Assembly (NCBI GenBank): GCA_013265495.1
Contig: MU058718.1
Location: 2,565,779-2,629,778, forward strand
Length of the DNA: 64,000 nucleotides
DNA from: Vicugna vicugna
Taxonomy: Eukaryota
Direction: 5' to 3'
Below are positions 62,355 to 64,000 of this stretch, piece by piece; within the stretch, counting starts at the first letter, position 1, and every line of letters starts with the position of its first letter. Under the pieces are notes generated by a model. The model saw nothing but the letters and a program-made list of their open reading frames with translations, was not told the DNA's origin and ran no database searches. The position numbers and the translations under genes were made by a program.

Positions 62355-62839
62355 AACATTTTGGCCTTCATTACTTTAAACTCTTTCTCAGAGAAGTTAC
62401 CTATCTCCTCATCACTTATTCTTCTGGGATTTTATGTTGTTTCTTGGCCTGGGAGATATTCCTTTGCCGCCTCACATCGTCTATCTTTCTATGTGTTTGT
62501 GGATTCCTTCCACGGGCTTTGGGATTATCATTTTCTTATTTCTAGTATCTGCCCCTGGTGGATGAGGCTGGACTAGAGGCTTATGCAGGTTTCCTGAAAC
62601 ATTTTGGCCTTCATTACTTTAAACTCTTTCTCAGATAAGTTACCTATCTCCTCATCACTTATTCTTCTGGGATTTTATGTTGTTTCTTGGCCTGGGAGAT
62701 ATTCCTTTGCCGCCTCACATCGTCTATCTTTCTATGTGTTTGTGGATTCCTTCCACGGGCTTTGGGATTATCATTTTCTTATTTCTAGTATCTGCCCCTG
62801 GTGGATGAGGCTGGACTAGAGGCTTATGCAGGTTTCCTG
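62355..62839. repeat. Near-perfect tandem duplication of 242 bp
   Basis: 62355-62596 versus 62598-62839; one mismatch seen (gagaag versus gataag). Confidence 0.93.
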
Positions 62840-62929
62840 GCAGGAGGAGCCAGTGCCTGCCCACTGCTGGGTGAAGCTTGGTCGTGGACCTCTGGTGGGT
62901 AGGGCTGTGTCTAGAGGCCTTTGTGGCTT

Positions 62930-62955
62930 NNNNNNNNNNNNNNNNNNNNNNNNNN
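62930..62955. other. Assembly gap (26 N)
   Basis: Run of n characters. Confidence 1.
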
Positions 62956-63247
62956 CAGCCAGTATTTGGCCTGAGGCTTCCCTACAGGCTGTTGGGTGGG
63001 GCTTGGTCTTGGTGCTAATGATCCAATCAAGATGTCAGCCTCCAGGAAAGCTCATACAGATGAACACTTGTGGAATGTCCGCCACCAGCTTTTATGTCCC
63101 CTGAGTGGGCCGCAGCCATCCCGCATGTCCCCAGGTGACCCTCCAAATCCAGCAGGCAGGTCTGGCCCATGTTCCTATGAAATCACCGCCTCTGCCCTTG
63201 GACTTGATTCACGTGAGTTTCTGTGTAGGCTTCTCAACCAAATGGAA

Positions 63248-63370
63248 GGGGGAGGGTATAGCTCAGTGGTAGAGCACATGCTTAGCATGCATGAGGTCCT
63301 GAGTTCAATCCCCAGTAACTCTGTTAAAAAAATAAATCAACCTAATTATCTCCCCCACCTTGAAAAAATA
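63248..63370 (+). mobile_element. tRNA-derived SINE nested in the L1 5' UTR
   Basis: GGGGAGGGTATAGCTCAGTGGTAGAGCACATGCTTAGCATG...GAGTTCAATCCCCAG...aacctaattatctcccc. Confidence 0.92.
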
Positions 63371-64000
63371 AGACAGTTGCTCAAGTGAATGGACTCTCCA
63401 TTTTCCCCAGTCCCTTGATGCTCCCAGAGCCAAGCTCCCCTGGTCTTCAAAACCAGATGTCCTGGGGTCTCCTCTTCCCAATGCTGGGACCCGAGCTGGG
63501 GAGCCTGACGTGGGGCTTGGAGCTCTCACTCCTGTGGGAGGGCCTCTGCGACTTAACAAATCTCCAGCTTGTGGGTCGCCCACCCTGGGGGTATGGGGCC
63601 CAATTGTATCACGAGCACGCCCCTCCTACCATCCTGCTGTGGTTCCCCCTTTATATTTCCAGTTGCAGAAGATCTTTTTAGCTAGGCTCCAGTCTGTCTT
63701 TGATGGTTGTTTAGCATTCAGTTGCGGTTTCGTTGTAGGAGAGACAAGCTCGTGGTCCTACCACTCCACTGTCTTGACAGGAACTCTCGGAAGTATTAAT
63801 ATTGTTAAAATGTCATACTACCCAAAATAATCTACAGATTTAATGCAGTCCCTACAAGGATATACTGTACAGCACAGGGAATATAGCCAATATCTTATAA
63901 TAACTTTAAATGGAGTATAATCTATAAAAATGACTCATTTTGATGTACATTTGAAACTTACATGTTCTAAGTCAACTGTATTTCAATTGACAAAAATGAA

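Larger units (their letters stand above)
61579..63788 (-). mobile_element. L1 5' UTR plus ORF1 only (3'-truncated), flanked by a TSD
   Basis: Minus strand gives an L1 5' end at ~63788, then decayed ORF1 (SDEEIGNFSEKEFKVM...NRLNEVEEWISELEDRLVEIT...KLKDFSTTKPALQQMLK) ending at ~61592; TSD ggaagtattagtcttgtt / ggaagtattaatattgtt. Confidence 0.85.
61201..64000 (+). mobile_element. Second, internally deleted L1 (ORF2 fragments 61201-61578 and 63789-63855, then 3' UTR)
   Basis: atccaaattggaagggaagaagtaaaactgtcac-type ORF2 sequence resumes after the nested insert, then jumps to the L1 3' UTR (caaggatatactgtacagcacagggaatatagccaata). Confidence 0.8.

Noticed and set aside
61653..62819. Hydrophobic 137-139 aa plus-strand ORFs
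   Set aside because: Antisense reading of the A-rich L1 ORF1; the repeated peptide arises from the tandem duplication.

Overview
Mammalian genomic DNA, most likely a camelid, judged from eight copies of one tRNA-derived SINE resembling the camelid Vic-type SINE (inference). The window holds the 5' part of nidogen-2 (NID2) on the + strand. A CpG-island promoter (~30.4-32.7 kb) is followed by eight GT-AG coding exons from the ATG at 31513 to 59789 (2302 nt, phases consistent), encoding the signal peptide, G1/NIDO, acidic linker, first EGF and G2F domains; the gene continues beyond the window. The first ~30 kb is repeat-rich intergenic DNA. Best second-look items: (1) a heavily decayed ERV on the - strand (~6.2-10.85 kb) in which integrase motifs, env SU motifs, the immunosuppressive domain, a CX6CC remnant and the membrane anchor can still be read, apparently interrupted by an L2; (2) a 704-nt NID2 exon containing an in-frame 75-nt intron-like segment with a GT donor but a TG instead of AG acceptor; (3) an L1 5'UTR+ORF1-only insertion with a target-site duplication but no ORF2 or poly(A), nested in other L1s; (4) a MER41-like solo LTR with GAS-like motifs ~5.5 kb upstream of the promoter; (5) an RGD motif near the mature N-terminus of NID2. 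I found no evidence of a wholly new biological system. Repeat family names and human/mouse comparisons come from memory, not database searches, and most repeat boundaries are approximate.
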